Source: a virus (Duplodnaviria > Caudoviricetes). From it: a DNA stretch of 36,965 nt. The stretch's first letter is position 1; each line of letters begins with the position of its first letter. The translations under genes and the position numbers were made by a program. A model generated the notes under the pieces. The model saw only the letters and a list, made by a program, of their open reading frames with translations. It was not told the DNA's origin and did not search any database. The stretch is from positions 1-36,965 of the IMG/VR virus record IMGVR_UViG_3300032277_000030; one strand, given 5' to 3'. This document shows positions 11,326 through 20,243 of this stretch, one piece after another.

Positions 11326-11535
11326 TTAGTTAGGATTGCTCTTCCCTAATTCGTAGATCATTTTATTGTTAATATCATCTTTAGTCAATTGCATTTTTTC
11401 AATTAAAGAATCGAGTAAAGACTCTTGTAATACATAGGTTTCTAGAGAGTCAGGCTTAGAAGACGCATTTTTAATTAAAAGTGTAGTTATATCTAAGTAT
11501 TGTTCTAGTACTTTCATTGGTTTCTTGTTAAACAT
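11326..11535 (-). CDS. Hypothetical protein (69 aa)
   Basis: ORF with an AAGGA RBS, overlapping the resolvase stop. Confidence 0.65.
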   Translation of the reverse strand: MFNKKPMKVLEQYLDITTLLIKNASSKPDSLETYVLQESLLDSLIEKMQLTKDDINNKMIYELGKSNPN

Positions 11536-11872
11536 TTTCTTCCTTTATTAAGTTTATAAACGTATCTAGCTCAACGATAGCATAGGTTTTACTTTGATTT
11601 CTTTTCATTACCAAAACAGGATCTCTATCTGAACTGTTTTCTTCGGCTTGAGCTAAAGACTTCCATAAATCTAGTCTCTCTACATTTTTACATTCGAAGC
11701 TGTACTTAATAATCTTGCGAGCAGCAGGAGAAAGTACTATATCTTCCCCACACATACCCATAGTTTGCGACTTAATATCATCTTCCTCTAGCTGAGGAAA
11801 TGTTTCTCTGAGAATATCTCTTAACATATTTTGTAATCTTCTGCCTTTAGCTTTTGCACTTTTTGCAGACAT
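11528..11872 (-). CDS. Holliday junction resolvase (Hjc-like PD-(D/E)XK nuclease)
   Basis: SAKAKGRRLQ...GEDI...FECKN...W..L.QA motif set. Start moved to MSAKSAK. Confidence 0.85.
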   Translation of the reverse strand: MSAKSAKAKGRRLQNMLRDILRETFPQLEEDDIKSQTMGMCGEDIVLSPAARKIIKYSFECKNVERLDLWKSLAQAEENSSDRDPVLVMKRNQSKTYAIVELDTFINLIKEENV

Positions 11873-12086
11873 ATTCATCCCCTTCATGTTTACTTGTTAA
11901 CCATTCATCTACTAACCTGGCATCTAATTCAATGGCTCCTTTACTCATCTCAGGCGTTGCATTGTTGTGGTGCGTAGAGAAGACCGTCACGTATGCTATC
12001 ATTCGAGCTATCGACATCATGATCTTTTCGTCCAAAACCAAAATCTTCGGCAAGTCTTTTATTCGCCCGTTTAATTGTGTCATCAT
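11847..12086 (-). CDS. Hypothetical protein (79 aa)
   Basis: Good AAGGAG RBS before ATGATG. Overlaps the upstream ORF by 137 nt. Confidence 0.55.
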   Translation of the reverse strand: MMTQLNGRIKDLPKILVLDEKIMMSIARMIAYVTVFSTHHNNATPEMSKGAIELDARLVDEWLTSKHEGDEYVCKKCKS

Positions 12087-12270
12087 TTGCTCCTTTTGTT
12101 AATGCGTTTATTTTATTCTCCTTATCTCTTTCTTCAGGATCATATCCAGAGCAGCACTCTAAGCATTCTGGACAGAAATCCCAAGGCTCATAACCAATTG
12201 ATTTATTTTCCATTTCCCAGATATGATAAAGCAAAGGAGTATCACAACACTCACTTATTTGATTCATCAT
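11950..12270 (-). CDS. Cys-rich (Zn-ribbon-like) hypothetical protein
   Basis: SECC...FCPECLECC pattern. GAGGA RBS before MMNQ. Confidence 0.6.
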   Translation of the reverse strand: MMNQISECCDTPLLYHIWEMENKSIGYEPWDFCPECLECCSGYDPEERDKENKINALTKGANDDTIKRANKRLAEDFGFGRKDHDVDSSNDSIRDGLLYAPQQCNA

Positions 12271-12445
12271 ATTCCTCCGCTGGAATGAAATCTTCTCCAA
12301 CTTTTATATTGCCTAAAACCCATTCTAATGCTTCTATCCAGCCTCCATTATTAGCCCATTCCATCTCTGTCATAGCATGATTTTTATCATAAAACATATC
12401 TCTTTCAGTTAACAATACTTTTTCTATCTGCTCTTTACTCTTCAT
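12251..12445 (-). CDS. Small hypothetical phage protein
   Basis: Start MKSKEQ with an AAGAGG RBS. Carries a GWIEALEWVL motif of the kind seen in small phage proteins. Confidence 0.65.
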   Translation of the reverse strand: MKSKEQIEKVLLTERDMFYDKNHAMTEMEWANNGGWIEALEWVLGNIKVGEDFIPAEEYDESNK

Positions 12446-12674
12446 TAAAAAACCTCTTTCTTCGTTTATTTTTAGCTCCAAACTCTCTAACTGCACATCT
12501 TTTGCATATTTCCTTTTCATACTCAGGAACTAATGCAGTAATTGCACGATGTGGGTGACGCAGGAAATAGTTTACAGGCTTTTTCCATACGCCACCACAA
12601 TCTTCACAGTGAAAGTTAACTCTTTTTCTTTGCGGATTCGAGATAGTCCCGAATGTTTTGTATGCTTTCTTCAA
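12435..12674 (-). CDS. Zn-finger protein
   Basis: CEDC...CKRC pairs and a basic C-terminus. Confidence 0.65.
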   Translation of the reverse strand: MKKAYKTFGTISNPQRKRVNFHCEDCGGVWKKPVNYFLRHPHRAITALVPEYEKEICKRCAVREFGAKNKRRKRFFNEE

Positions 12675-12843
12675 GACTTAACTCCAGTTCATTCATTCTA
12701 CTGTTAAGATCAATCATTCTATCTTTTGTTTCTTCTCTGAATGAATTTACACTATCCATCCAATCTCTTTGTTCAGTGAGCCTATCTTTATACCGTTCTC
12801 CGATATTATCCATATTCCCATTTTTTCTTTCATCTGAGTTCAT
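12616..12843 (-). CDS. Small coiled-coil protein
   Basis: ATGA overlap with the upstream gene; heptad-like helix. Confidence 0.6.
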   Translation of the reverse strand: MNSDERKNGNMDNIGERYKDRLTEQRDWMDSVNSFREETKDRMIDLNSRMNELELSLEESIQNIRDYLESAKKKS

Positions 12844-13289
12844 ACTGTTTCATCTCCTATGGCTTGATAGGTTACTTCACCTGTATCAGGATTAAAAATG
12901 CTTCCATTAGGAGTTCTTGAAGGCTTAACAAATCCACCCTCTTCATTAAAGAATGCATCTATTTCTTCTTCCTCATTAGCGGTTCCTGATTCTTCTATTG
13001 ACATTCCCCACAATAAGCATAGATATACAATGGCATCTTTTATTCTGCCAGTGACATCTTCTCTTTGTGATTTATGACCTTTAATCCATGCATTAATACC
13101 ATCCATATGCTTCATAAGATAAACCATTAATGACTGCTCTCTAGATATATCTAAACTATTGGCAACACGTTCAAAGTTAGCGAAGACATTGCTCTCTGAG
13201 TGAGCATATTCTTTTTGCCCAGAATCACGAGTTCTTTTAACTTCATTTATCATTAATTTAAACCAATTGTCAAATTCACTTTTCTTCAT
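12840..13289 (-). CDS. All-alpha nucleotide-modification-associated / NTP-pyrophosphatase-like protein (DUF1599/Nmad1-like)
   Basis: KEYA...FANFE...YLMKH...EDVTGRIKDAIVYL pattern. Coupled to the primase-helicase by ATGA. Confidence 0.55.
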   Translation of the reverse strand: MKKSEFDNWFKLMINEVKRTRDSGQKEYAHSESNVFANFERVANSLDISREQSLMVYLMKHMDGINAWIKGHKSQREDVTGRIKDAIVYLCLLWGMSIEESGTANEEEEIDAFFNEEGGFVKPSRTPNGSIFNPDTGEVTYQAIGDETV

Positions 13290-15058
13290 GAATATACTTC
13301 CTTTTTGATTTGATTGTTATGTACGACTAACTTAACATCTAGGTGTTCTCTTTCCCTATTTGCTTCACAGCGTACTTGTAATTGCTCTATTAGTCCAGTT
13401 GTTCTACTCTTAGATGGAATCACTGACAATAACTTATTAGTATTGTAAGCGGTTCTAAATGAGCCTTTAGCTGATGCTATATTCATATTACCCTCATGAA
13501 ATGCAGATTTAGTTATCTCACTAACAGCAAACACAATGATATTATGCTTCACTGCAAGTTCCATCATAGCTTGAGATGCTTCTTCTGTCTTCATATTAGG
13601 GTCACGTTGCTTAGATTTAAATAAGCCCATATGATCAACAACAACTATCTCTGGTTTAACAGATAGCATGGCTATACGTTTGTCTAACTCTGCTGCATAT
13701 GGAGATGAGTAATCTACAGTAAGCCATTGGAATTTCTTATCCATTCCATTCTTCATCTGTTGATAATGATCTCTTAGATCATCTTCTGACCAATTCATCT
13801 CTATTTGTACAAATCTAGACCATATTTGCCGTGGTGACATTTCCATTTCTATAAAGTATGTAGGTCTCTTTAACCCATTAACTATATTTTGCAATAGCAT
13901 AGTCTTCATAGATTTAGGTGGTGCCTGTATTACAACTACTTCACCTGGGTATATAGGAAAGTTTTCACCTTCAAATATACTTCCTAGATTGATAGGCTTA
14001 ATATCACTTCTCAAGAAATTAATCAAACTATCTTCCATGGATTTAGAATCCATAACAGACTGACTTTTCTTGCTTTTATACAACTTGCATGTTTGACCGC
14101 AATGCTTGTCCATAATAGAGTCATTACACCCATACCTGTTACCCTGTCCACCATGAGACTCATAAGAGCTTTTAACTATACTCTCCATCTCCTTAGCGGT
14201 AAAGGGACTTCTTTCATCATCTACTTGCTGTCTCCATTGTTCCATGACAATACGAACAACTGACTCAGGGTAGAGCCAACGAAACCAAGCAGAGAGACGT
14301 AAAGCAGTTGCGTGACGTTCACCTTGTGCGTTACTAGCAAGCATACTAGATATGCAGGGATAGTTAACTGGATCAGGATTCCTGCCTTGACTAATAAATT
14401 CAGGAGTTTTGACTTCTTCACTTTTATTCCTTTCTAGGACATCAAATACTGGTTCACACTCTAACTCAAAGCTAGGTATATCACCAGGTTTATATGCTAC
14501 TTTCTTTAATGCTTCTAATACATTTTCTTCATGCAGTATACTTATCGGAATTATACTTTTCCACAGCCCTGCCTTTAAATTCTTTGTATTATTGACCCGT
14601 ATTAACCTTGTTTTATCAGTTACTGATGGATCAGCATAATCAAATATACCACCATTAGTTAAAGCATCTTTTACCTTTAAGTGTAAATTAACATCAGGCT
14701 TCCATCTAAATGCTGTACCAGGTATACCAAAATGAAAACCTTTATTACCACTAAAGTATAAACGAAAAGGTATTCCTAAATCTTCTAATAATACACTTAA
14801 TCCTACTGCTTTAGTTCTTGCCTCCTCTAAATTATCATCATCTCTTCCATCTACATCTAATATAAACTCATCAGGTATATATACAAGTCCATCAAATCCA
14901 GATAATGTATTGTTTTTACTAAAGTAATCTGTAATACTATCATCAAAGTCATATAAAGACATGTATGTATCTTTGTCTATATTCATCCAGTCACATACGC
15001 TATCAGCATCTTGGAAATAATGCCTATTGGCTAATCCAAATGCAAATTCTTTTATCAT
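13286..15058 (-). CDS. Primase-helicase fusion: AEP primase + Cys4 PriL/PriCT-like domain + RecA-fold (DnaB/RepA-like) helicase
   Basis: AEP motifs ILDVD, FSGNKGFH and D...RLIR. YPCI...GCNDSIMDKHCGQTC. Walker A variant APPKSMKT and Walker B VVVDH. TAAGGAG RBS. Confidence 0.85.
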   Translation of the reverse strand: MIKEFAFGLANRHYFQDADSVCDWMNIDKDTYMSLYDFDDSITDYFSKNNTLSGFDGLVYIPDEFILDVDGRDDDNLEEARTKAVGLSVLLEDLGIPFRLYFSGNKGFHFGIPGTAFRWKPDVNLHLKVKDALTNGGIFDYADPSVTDKTRLIRVNNTKNLKAGLWKSIIPISILHEENVLEALKKVAYKPGDIPSFELECEPVFDVLERNKSEEVKTPEFISQGRNPDPVNYPCISSMLASNAQGERHATALRLSAWFRWLYPESVVRIVMEQWRQQVDDERSPFTAKEMESIVKSSYESHGGQGNRYGCNDSIMDKHCGQTCKLYKSKKSQSVMDSKSMEDSLINFLRSDIKPINLGSIFEGENFPIYPGEVVVIQAPPKSMKTMLLQNIVNGLKRPTYFIEMEMSPRQIWSRFVQIEMNWSEDDLRDHYQQMKNGMDKKFQWLTVDYSSPYAAELDKRIAMLSVKPEIVVVDHMGLFKSKQRDPNMKTEEASQAMMELAVKHNIIVFAVSEITKSAFHEGNMNIASAKGSFRTAYNTNKLLSVIPSKSRTTGLIEQLQVRCEANREREHLDVKLVVHNNQIKKEVYS

Positions 15059-15077
15059 TACGTCTCCTTATTTAAAT

Positions 15078-15113
15078 ACAAAAGCCCACTATCCTTATAT
15101 AGCGGGCTATTGT
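15078..15113 (-). terminator. Rho-independent terminator-like hairpin after SSB
   Basis: Minus strand AGCCCGCUAU-AUAAGG-AUAGUGGGCU followed by UUUG. Confidence 0.6.
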
Positions 15114-15134
15114 ATTATCGGTTTACACTATTAT

Positions 15135-15662
15135 TTAGAAGGGGACATCACTGGTTTCAGTAGATGCTACTTCTGCAGGTTCATCTTTTAGCTTGGGTTC
15201 TACCCATTTAGAAAAGAATGCTTCAGATCTACCTTTGAAGTATGTAACATCCTTCTCAGTAAACTCTTCAACTATATTCTTAAAGGGAACAGGTGCTACT
15301 TGACCTAGTATACGAGTAAACTTACCATCTTTATAAAAGTATGTGTTTACTGTTTTTCCAACTAGCTCTGCAACATCATCATTCATTTTAATTACAGTTT
15401 CACCAGTTGCACTTTCTAAGGCATCAGTAATACCAGCATTAGCAAACCTAAATAGGTTACCAACAGCAAATTCTTGACCGTCTTTACCTATCTTTTCATA
15501 AATACGCATATTAAAGTTATCAGGATATCCTTCAAACCATGTATCTACATATTTAGATCCATTATCTAATGCTCCAGCTTCAGCTTTAGTAATTTTAACT
15601 GTATGCCAGCCTTCATTCCATAATCCAGTACCCTTTTTAGGTAACGTGAATGTTCTTGCCAT
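15135..15662 (-). CDS. Phage single-stranded DNA-binding protein (OB-fold, DUF669-like)
   Basis: EGWHTVKITKAE N-terminal strand, acidic tail ending SDVPF, position between ERF and primase. Confidence 0.7.
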   Translation of the reverse strand: MARTFTLPKKGTGLWNEGWHTVKITKAEAGALDNGSKYVDTWFEGYPDNFNMRIYEKIGKDGQEFAVGNLFRFANAGITDALESATGETVIKMNDDVAELVGKTVNTYFYKDGKFTRILGQVAPVPFKNIVEEFTEKDVTYFKGRSEAFFSKWVEPKLKDEPAEVASTETSDVPF

Positions 15663-15673
15663 CTATCTCTCCT

Positions 15674-16171
15674 TTACTTTCTGGGTGCTTTTTGTATTGC
15701 ACCATTACCATCATCATCTGCTTGTGCTACACCTACCATAGAAGACAACAAGTATCTACGGCCATATGTAGTAGCAGCTCCAATACCATGAGCGTCTTTC
15801 TTTGCTATAGGCATTCTTATTTCACTCTTAATCCACTCACCAGATGAATGCATTAACATGCTTGTAATATAGAACCCATTATTAGTGGTATCCCATCTAT
15901 TACCTTGGACTAATGCAATCTCATTAGCATTTAATGCAGGCATTGCTACTTCTAATACAGCAGCTAGACTAGCATATTTACTATTAAAGAATGGATTAGT
16001 ACTTTTACCTTCAACCATAGTCATTTGTGATTGTGCTTTAGCTAATGCTCCAGCTAATCTACCAATTGAGCTTGACCAAGTAGGCTTTACTTCTTCTACA
16101 GTATATTCACCTTCATTATCTACAGGGGGCAAGTAATCTTCCACGGTAGTGGTTCCTTCTTCTTTAGACAT
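15674..16171 (-). CDS. erf: ERF family single-strand annealing recombinase
   Basis: NPFFNSKYASL and GAATTYGRRYLLSSMVGVAQADDDG are the ERF signature. Confidence 0.92.
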   Translation of the reverse strand: MSKEEGTTTVEDYLPPVDNEGEYTVEEVKPTWSSSIGRLAGALAKAQSQMTMVEGKSTNPFFNSKYASLAAVLEVAMPALNANEIALVQGNRWDTTNNGFYITSMLMHSSGEWIKSEIRMPIAKKDAHGIGAATTYGRRYLLSSMVGVAQADDDGNGAIQKAPRK

Positions 16172-16193
16172 ATTATGTCTCCTTTTAGGGGGT

Positions 16194-16223
16194 TAAAAAA
16201 GGGCCAGAGTTAACCAGCCCTTT
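16194..16223 (-). terminator. Rho-independent terminator after the E1 gene
   Basis: Minus strand GGGCUGG-UUAACU-CUGGCCC-UUUUUU. Confidence 0.75.
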
Positions 16224-16264
16224 CTATTACAAATAAGGATTTGCGTTCGAAATGCGTATGTAAT

Positions 16265-16924
16265 TTACGCTTTCATAGGGGACTTTTCCAATAACATTGT
16301 TGGGAAATTGAAAGAGAATGATCTGTTAAATGGTTGTCCTGTAACGAGTTTCCGTATTGTATTTGCAATCATGCTACCTGATAGATTAGAGCAATAACTT
16401 GTTGCCTTTGCGTTGCAAGGCTCTGGGCTACCACTTTCATCTGAATACCAGGTCTTCTTGTACTTACTGACAGTAGGTTTATCAAACACATATTGTTGAT
16501 AATGTTCAGCTCCCATACGACCATCAATTATATATAATGGTTTCACCCCTGGTATGCCAAACAATGCCTCTACTGCTTGTAATCTTGACGACATAGAATC
16601 AAACCCAAGTATAGCAATGTCATTCTCTCCTTGTGGATAAAACTCTGAGAATCTCTCATTGTATGTATTCACTTTGAAAACACCTAATTCTATTAGATGA
16701 TTATGCAATGCTTCTACTTTAGGTTTGTCTACATCGTTAAAGGTATATTGAGATACACCTATATTTACTTCTTCTACTTTATCCATATCATATAGACAGA
16801 ATTGATCAGCACCCATTCTAGCTATTTGTAAGGCTGCAGAGCTACCTATAGCCCCGCAACCCAATATGTGAAAAGTAAAATCTTCTAAGTTATTCACTAA
16901 CTCTGATGATCTTGTATTTATCAT
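16265..16924 (-). CDS. E1-like ubiquitin-activating enzyme (ThiF/MoeB superfamily)
   Basis: GCGAIGS nucleotide loop, YDMDKVEEVN...Q...KVEAL, GFDSMSSR, IDGRMG and candidate catalytic Cys170 (EPCNAK). The ThiF/MoeB CxxC Zn pairs are absent. Confidence 0.9.
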   Translation of the reverse strand: MINTRSSELVNNLEDFTFHILGCGAIGSSAALQIARMGADQFCLYDMDKVEEVNIGVSQYTFNDVDKPKVEALHNHLIELGVFKVNTYNERFSEFYPQGENDIAILGFDSMSSRLQAVEALFGIPGVKPLYIIDGRMGAEHYQQYVFDKPTVSKYKKTWYSDESGSPEPCNAKATSYCSNLSGSMIANTIRKLVTGQPFNRSFSFNFPTMLLEKSPMKA

Positions 16925-17859
16925 TAGTCTACTCCATATGATGCGTTATAAGATTTATAATCTATCCAATCGTCCCATTCAGCTTCAACTTGCGCTTCAT
17001 CTGTAAGGTCAATTGCTATATACTCATGAGGTGTTGCTAACATGACTTGAGATTCTAATACAGGCTCAGTTACTAACTCTATTCTATAAATACTATCATA
17101 AGTATTCTTTAGTAAGTGGTTAATGTCTTTAGCCATAGTTATCCATCCTTCATATGTCAGTCTACCATCACAGTACTTTTTATTCATCTCATCTACCATG
17201 CTATAAGCATAGATGTAATCAGGAGAATCACCAGATAACTCTTGATTATACTTTGGACAACCAGCTTTGGTATCCTTGGTATCCATTAGAGTCATCTGAT
17301 TCGACTTTCCCGCAGTATATTTCCCTTTATTATAGGAAGTATATTGAGGGATAATACGAGAACATTTGTCAGCAACCTCATCTTGTATTCTTTGAGGAAC
17401 TTTCTTTTCCTTAGTCATAATGACAAGATCCACATCTTCATGTACCTCAAATGGTTTCCATACAGACACCCTTAACTTATATTCTTCATCAAGATTTACA
17501 ACTAAAGCAAAGCTAAAGTCACCATCTGAATATTCTTTAATAGCAGTTAGGTCTGTACCCGACCAGAAAGCCTTCATTGTGTGATGACTATGCCACCATA
17601 CAAAGCGAAAGTTTTTCTTTTTGAGTTTAGTTCCCACTTTAGTATAATATAGCGCTAGATCATCTTTATCTAACACACAATTACCTGCACTTATTTGTTG
17701 CTTTAAGATAACTGGATCTTTCAGTTCCCAATCACCATCCTCATCTTCAATAGCTACTAACATACCACCTATCTCAGATTTCTCAGTACTATATGCTTCT
17801 TGAGCATAATTCTGGATTTTGTTCCAGTCTTTCTCACTTATATAAAAGTCTTGATCCAT
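16924..17859 (-). CDS. JAB/JAMM (MPN+) metallopeptidase with C-terminal extension
   Basis: EIGG...WWHSHHTMKAFWSGTD matches E-x(n)-HSH-x7-S-x2-D. TAATG coupling to E1. Confidence 0.9.
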   Translation of the reverse strand: MDQDFYISEKDWNKIQNYAQEAYSTEKSEIGGMLVAIEDEDGDWELKDPVILKQQISAGNCVLDKDDLALYYTKVGTKLKKKNFRFVWWHSHHTMKAFWSGTDLTAIKEYSDGDFSFALVVNLDEEYKLRVSVWKPFEVHEDVDLVIMTKEKKVPQRIQDEVADKCSRIIPQYTSYNKGKYTAGKSNQMTLMDTKDTKAGCPKYNQELSGDSPDYIYAYSMVDEMNKKYCDGRLTYEGWITMAKDINHLLKNTYDSIYRIELVTEPVLESQVMLATPHEYIAIDLTDEAQVEAEWDDWIDYKSYNASYGVD

Positions 17860-17860
17860 C

Positions 17861-19183
17861 TTATCTCCTTATGTCTACTGTGTTTACGCCTTGATACATT
17901 TCTAATATCTCAGCTTCTGTTAACCTATTTAACTCTTGCCCCAATGAAGTTTCACCATCTTGATCAGCTAGTTCACCACCATCATCTATTTCCTCTGTAG
18001 GTAGATATAAATCTCTATATGAAGGACAACTGTTGCGAAGAACACAATTATATCTTTCACAATAAGATGTTTCCATATCTGGTTGCTCTTGATTTAATAC
18101 ATTTGCATACCTACAATCAGTCATTCTACTTGTATTACTCATGTTTCCGGTTGATTCCCATACTTCTGTCTGCATCTCAGGCCATATACCATGAAACATT
18201 CTAGTATAGCTATTTAGTGGACCTGTAGTTCCAACATTAAAGTTCTTTGTCCAGCCATTTAGATATGTAAATAAGGCTAATATATCACCTTGCCAAGCAG
18301 CTTGTCTTATGTCTGTATCAAAACTACCAAAGCATACATTGCTAAATCTAGATCCTGTATTTTGGCCTTCAGCAAATGTAACTTCAAGCTGATCTCTGTT
18401 CCACTGTTCTTGAGATATATATGGAAATAATGTCTCAGGTTCTTGTGGGTGAAATATAGCACCATTCCAAGGGTTAGTATGACCACCGCCAGAATATCCT
18501 TCTGATATACTACGAGCGCCTCTAATCCTATTCATAATATTCTTAACTAAATCTACAGAAATCATTATATCTAGATCACCCATTGGTACTTCAACAGTCT
18601 CTCCACCTATATTTATATTAGTATTTACTCCTTCAATATAAACATGAAATGAAACTGCATGATTTGTACTAGATCGAGCTCTATGTACTCTATCGTTTAC
18701 ATGCAAGCCATGATATACAGATATATTCATATGTGGATATAACTGCATTGCACTTGACATAGTAGACTCTATGTTATCTTTATACTCATTAAGTACACGG
18801 TTAACTTCATCTGTATTGTCTTGAAATACTATTCCGCCATTCCTCAAGAAATATAACTTTTGATCTATCTCATCTACCTTGGTTAAGAATTGATCTATAG
18901 CCCATCTGGCATTATTGATTTGATTCTTATATGTAGACACTTTATTCTTTTGTCTATTAACATTGGATATCTTACCTGCCTCTTCTGTTAACTTCTTATA
19001 GAATCCAGGCTGCCATCTAAATGTTGGTGTACATCTAAAGTCAGTATTCCATCTGAAATTTAAATTTTGTATTAAATTCAAGACTTCTTCCTGTGGTCCT
19101 AATGCTATTCTTTCTATAATATCATCAATATTATTCATTCCGCTAAGAAAGTTGTTTGTTGCGTTAAGCGTTGCTGAGCTCAT
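17861..19183 (-). CDS. E2-like (UBC-fold) conjugating enzyme with N-terminal coiled coil and C-terminal Cys4 cluster
   Basis: FHP...LFPYIS...SNVCFGSF followed by helices and W..NFN resembles the prokaryotic E2 HP...xClG signature. GAGGAGG RBS before MSSAT. Adjacent to JAB and E1. Confidence 0.65.
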   Translation of the reverse strand: MSSATLNATNNFLSGMNNIDDIIERIALGPQEEVLNLIQNLNFRWNTDFRCTPTFRWQPGFYKKLTEEAGKISNVNRQKNKVSTYKNQINNARWAIDQFLTKVDEIDQKLYFLRNGGIVFQDNTDEVNRVLNEYKDNIESTMSSAMQLYPHMNISVYHGLHVNDRVHRARSSTNHAVSFHVYIEGVNTNINIGGETVEVPMGDLDIMISVDLVKNIMNRIRGARSISEGYSGGGHTNPWNGAIFHPQEPETLFPYISQEQWNRDQLEVTFAEGQNTGSRFSNVCFGSFDTDIRQAAWQGDILALFTYLNGWTKNFNVGTTGPLNSYTRMFHGIWPEMQTEVWESTGNMSNTSRMTDCRYANVLNQEQPDMETSYCERYNCVLRNSCPSYRDLYLPTEEIDDGGELADQDGETSLGQELNRLTEAEILEMYQGVNTVDIRR

Positions 19184-19364
19184 ACTTTGCCTCCTCACAA
19201 TTTGGGCATTCTTTCTTTTCTAATCCATAATGAGGAAAGTCATAATAATAACTATATCCTCCTTTTTTATACATTTCAACTAATACAGTTGACTTATGCC
19301 ATACGGCTCTGCATGTATTGCAGCTTTTTAGTGGATCTGCATGTCCATCCTTATGTTTTTTCAT
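19164..19364 (-). CDS. Small Zn-finger protein
   Basis: CNTC...CPNC, AAGGAG RBS, overlaps the E2 start. Confidence 0.7.
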   Translation of the reverse strand: MKKHKDGHADPLKSCNTCRAVWHKSTVLVEMYKKGGYSYYYDFPHYGLEKKECPNCEEAKYELSNA

Positions 19365-19560
19365 TTGTCTCCTTTAAATAATATGAAAACATTGTTCCGC
19401 AATCTGGATCAAAGTCTTCCAACTCTTGAAATATTTCTTCTAATCCATCTTCCAAGAAGAACTTATCATAATATCCTACTCTAAAATATAACTCATTAGA
19501 GCCAAGACATTCTTTCCATGTAAACTCAGTAATCCCTTTGTCTTGGAATATCTGTGTCAT
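19351..19560 (-). CDS. Hypothetical acidic protein (start uncertain)
   Basis: Fills the gap between neighbouring genes. Start placed at MTQIF to minimise overlap. Confidence 0.5.
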   Translation of the reverse strand: MTQIFQDKGITEFTWKECLGSNELYFRVGYYDKFFLEDGLEEIFQELEDFDPDCGTMFSYYLKETNEKT

Positions 19561-19864
19561 TAATATCTGTACGTACTTGCGTAGCAAATTGCCAGGCATG
19601 TGTTTTCTTTCCATACTTGCCTTCCCGTAACTCATCGGTTTTAGTTAAGTTACCACGTTTAGTTAAAGTAGATATAGCTCTACGTATACTAGTAATTGGC
19701 CAATGTCTATCACATACTTCACACATATGATGTATATCATCTGGTGTAAATAATTGATTTGGATTGTCAATAAAGAATTGTAATATCAATTCATCTTGAT
19801 TTGCCGTTTGTGTCCAAGACTCTCTTAAGTCTTCACCACTTTCATTATTTGTATTGTAATACAT
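19526..19864 (-). CDS. Winged helix-turn-helix DNA-binding protein
   Basis: ILQFF...FTPDDI...TSIRRAISTLTKRGNL followed by a beta-wing. AAGGAG RBS. Confidence 0.75.
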   Translation of the reverse strand: MYYNTNNESGEDLRESWTQTANQDELILQFFIDNPNQLFTPDDIHHMCEVCDRHWPITSIRRAISTLTKRGNLTKTDELREGKYGKKTHAWQFATQVRTDINDTDIPRQRDY

Positions 19865-20034
19865 TAAATGTCTCCTTTTGCTTTTTTATACTCTTTACAC
19901 ATATGTCTTTTGCCACTCTTATTATACAATAACCATCCATATTCAGTAGATGCCCAATGTACTTTATTTGATTTGCAAAACTTACACTTTGCTACTGTCT
20001 TACTTTCTTTGAACTTTTTGCTTCTTGTATACAT
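19864..20034 (-). CDS. 56-aa Zn-finger protein (not in the ORF track)
   Basis: MYTRSKKFKESKTVAKCKFCKSNKVHWASTEYGWLLYNKSGKRHMCKEYKKAKGDI; CxxC...HxC; TAATG coupling to the wHTH gene. Confidence 0.75.
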   Translation of the reverse strand: MYTRSKKFKESKTVAKCKFCKSNKVHWASTEYGWLLYNKSGKRHMCKEYKKAKGDI

Positions 20035-20047
20035 ATTTATCCAATCA

Positions 20048-20243
20048 AATTTAGTCCCCTACTCTCTGTCAATTCGCAATCAACAGATAGCAAATTAAAA
20101 TAATGCAAGGTGCGCTAGCTGTCTTAGTAGGATTTCGTTCATGGCAAGGAATCTTTAAGATTCAATCAGTACCATGCAAACACCATACCTTGCATTAATT
20201 TAGTCCCCTACTCTCTGTTAATTCGTGGTCAACAGATAGCAAA
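20048..20243. repeat. Two 47-nt imperfect direct repeats (20048-20094, 20197-20243), each with an internal hairpin
   Basis: aatttagtcccctactctctgtYaattcgYRRtcaacagatagcaaa, 43/47 identical. Confidence 0.9.

Noticed and set aside
16265-16924. Ordinary ThiF/MoeB cofactor-biosynthesis auxiliary metabolic gene
   Set aside because: No thiamine, Moco or sulfur-relay genes nearby, CxxC Zn motifs absent, and it is coupled to JAB and E2-like genes.
20101-20197. Hammerhead ribozyme (CUGAUUGA and CGAAA on the minus strand)
   Set aside because: The core deviates from CUGANGA, and GAAA does not directly follow stem II.
20048-20243. CRISPR mini-array
   Set aside because: Only two repeats, 47 nt long, separated by a 102-nt self-structured segment, with no cas genes.
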